A stretch of 63,973 bases of DNA, filler included, from Pirum gemmata (Eukaryota), in the NCBI GenBank assembly GCA_002812295.1. It is 21 parts of 21 records of this genome, joined end to end, with 100 filler letters (N's around TTAATTAATTAA, not from the genome) between each part and the next. Parts side by side here need not be neighbours in the genome. Positions count along the whole stretch, not along the records: positions 61,160 to 63,973 come from PDIN01004343.1; 20 more parts are not named here. One strand, written 5' to 3'. This document shows, piece after piece, positions 62,011 to 63,973 of the stretch. The position numbers and the translations under genes are program-made. The notes beneath the pieces are model-generated. The model searched no databases, was not told where the DNA came from, and saw only the letters and a program-made list of their open reading frames with translations. Numbering within the stretch: position 1 is the stretch's first letter; the number at the start of each line of letters is the position of its first letter.

Positions 62011-63384
62011 TAATTATATCGTTATGGCATGGATAGTGGTAATTCTACTTGTTATAAAAATTGATTAATAATACAAGTATATCTTTAGAGAAAGTAATTT
62101 GGTTTTATATCACAATTACAATTACAATTGCATTCATTCTTATAAATTTAATTATTGGTATGGTAAATGTTGTAAATAATAAAATCACTCACACCATATA
62201 AAATCATTCACACTCAATATAGCAAACTGTGGTGAAAATTTAATTTTGTCCAGTTCAAAAATTGAAATAAAATGTACCAAATTTTACTTAATTAGTAAAA
62301 CTAGCTGGCATGTTTTGATTAATTTGGCATTTTATTATTAATGTTGTATTTTATAAAAAAGTTCATATATACACTTAAACAGTGCCAAATTAAAGAGCGA
62401 CGATAATAAATCGTAAAAAGAGAGTGGCTGATTTTTAAACTATTGTGCACGTTTTGTAATTTTCTTACTCTTTTAGGTTGTTGAATTCTAATCTAATTTC
62501 TTTGTAGACTCCTTGAATATTTGCAAACCTAGTTACCATCTTTTAGTAATTATAATAATTATAATAATTATTTATAATAAAGTATATTAATTGTAATAGT
62601 TATAGTAATTTAGGGTTAGGTATATTATAGTTATAGTAATTATAACAATTATAGATAATGGGCTTGTAAATTTGTAATAATTAAAAATAACAATAATAAT
62701 AATAAATAAAATAAAGTTGATCGTAATCAATTATCACTAAGATAGCATTTTAAATTTGTAATTAGTATGAAGTATTAGGGATAGAAATGTTATTCTAAGT
62801 TACCAAATTTATAGTAATTATAATAATTATAGTCATTTAGGGTTAGGCAATTATATATAGTTATGGTAATTATAATTTATATATAATAATAAGTAACAAT
62901 AATAATAATAATAATAATAATAAAATGGTATTCTTTAGAAGTTACGAAATTTATAGTAATTATAATAATTATAGTCATTTAGGGTTAGGTAATTTATATA
63001 GTTATAGTAATTATAATTTATATATAATAATTAGTAACAACAACAACAACAATAATAAAATGAAAATGGATTGTAATCAATTATCAATATGTTAGAATTT
63101 TAAATTGGTAATCAGTATGCAGAGTTAGGGTTCTAAATTACCAAATTTATAGTAATTATAATAATTATAGTAATTAAAAGTTAGGTAATTATATATATTT
63201 ATAGTAATTTTAATAAATAGATAATGGGCTTGTAAATTTTATAATAATAATCTAGAATAATAAAAATAAAAATAATATAATACTAATACTAATAATTAAT
63301 AATAGGGTTAATAACTTAATGATAATAATAATAATGATATGATTATAATAATAATAATATGATTATAATAATAATAATATGATT

Positions 63385-63418
<34 letters not shown>

Positions 63419-63973
63419 TTAAAAAATAATAAAATAGTGTCATTCTTTATTTTACAGAATTGCCATATTTGTAGTATCATCAAAAAATTGTAAAAAGTTA
63501 CAACAAATCAAATGGCTAGAAAAATCAAATGGCAATAAAAATTATTATTATTATTATTTTTAACAGCCAACCTGTGAGCCAAGCCGGATAAAACTGTGAT
63601 ATCTTTTTTTTTTGTTTTTAGACTTCTTTCCTAAAATACCTAATTATAACTAGCCAAATTAGTATTAAAAACTGGCCATTGGTTCATAATAGAGTATTAA
63701 TACTTTAACAATTTGCAAGTTTATATAGTTTAAATTGGAGTATTTTAAGATTTTTTGGATTTTTGAGCTCATATGGCGGACGTAGCAATTTTTATTCGGT
63801 ATGGCTGTCAAAAAAAAATTATTTTTTACTGAGTTTGTTTTTGGAAACAATAAAATAGAAATTGAGTAAAATATCGGTAGTCTCTAGCTAGTAGCAGATT
63901 TAGTATTAGGGTTAGGGTTAGGTTAGGGTTAGGGTTAGGGTTAGAGTTAGGGTTAGAGTTAGAGTTAGGGTTA

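Noticed and set aside
62190..62530. Small minus-strand exon candidates (also 28086-28140 and 22084-22104)
   Set aside because: Splice signals are present but phases do not join and no family is recognisable
63905..63973. TTAGGG arrays at contig or window ends as true telomeres
   Set aside because: Equivalent degenerate arrays are demonstrably intronic elsewhere; contigs simply break in repeats

Overview
Very AT-rich eukaryotic genomic DNA. It is not one locus. It is 21 short unplaced contigs (mostly about 2.8-2.9 kb) joined by 20 artificial 100-bp linkers (N44-TTAATTAATTAA-N44), so adjacency across linkers carries no biological meaning. Genes have GT-AG introns that are often filled with microsatellites and telomere-like TTAGGG/CCCTAA arrays. 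Spliced gene fragments I could reconstruct: cysteinyl-tRNA synthetase (5 exons), Tim22, an NRPS-type adenylation domain, a PhlG-like hydrolase exon, a MACPF-domain gene, a MARCH-type RING-CH ligase, an RBR E3 ligase, two 72-bp LRR exons, a P5B-ATPase and an Agd3-like polysaccharide deacetylase with a frameshifted GPI tail. Single-ORF genes: a class C GPCR with an OpuAC-like ligand domain, a CD225/dispanin, a double-finger GATA factor and several orphans. Mobile DNA: several MITE families, a decayed L1/Tx1-like RT and a decayed LTR gag-protease. A recurrent palindromic CTAG/AGCT-rich filler sequence interrupts or flanks these elements. The gene mix suggests a unicellular opisthokont, possibly an ichthyosporean-like holozoan, but that is inference only. 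All family calls come from motif recognition by eye; no database searches were run. No CRISPR, rRNA or tRNA was seen.
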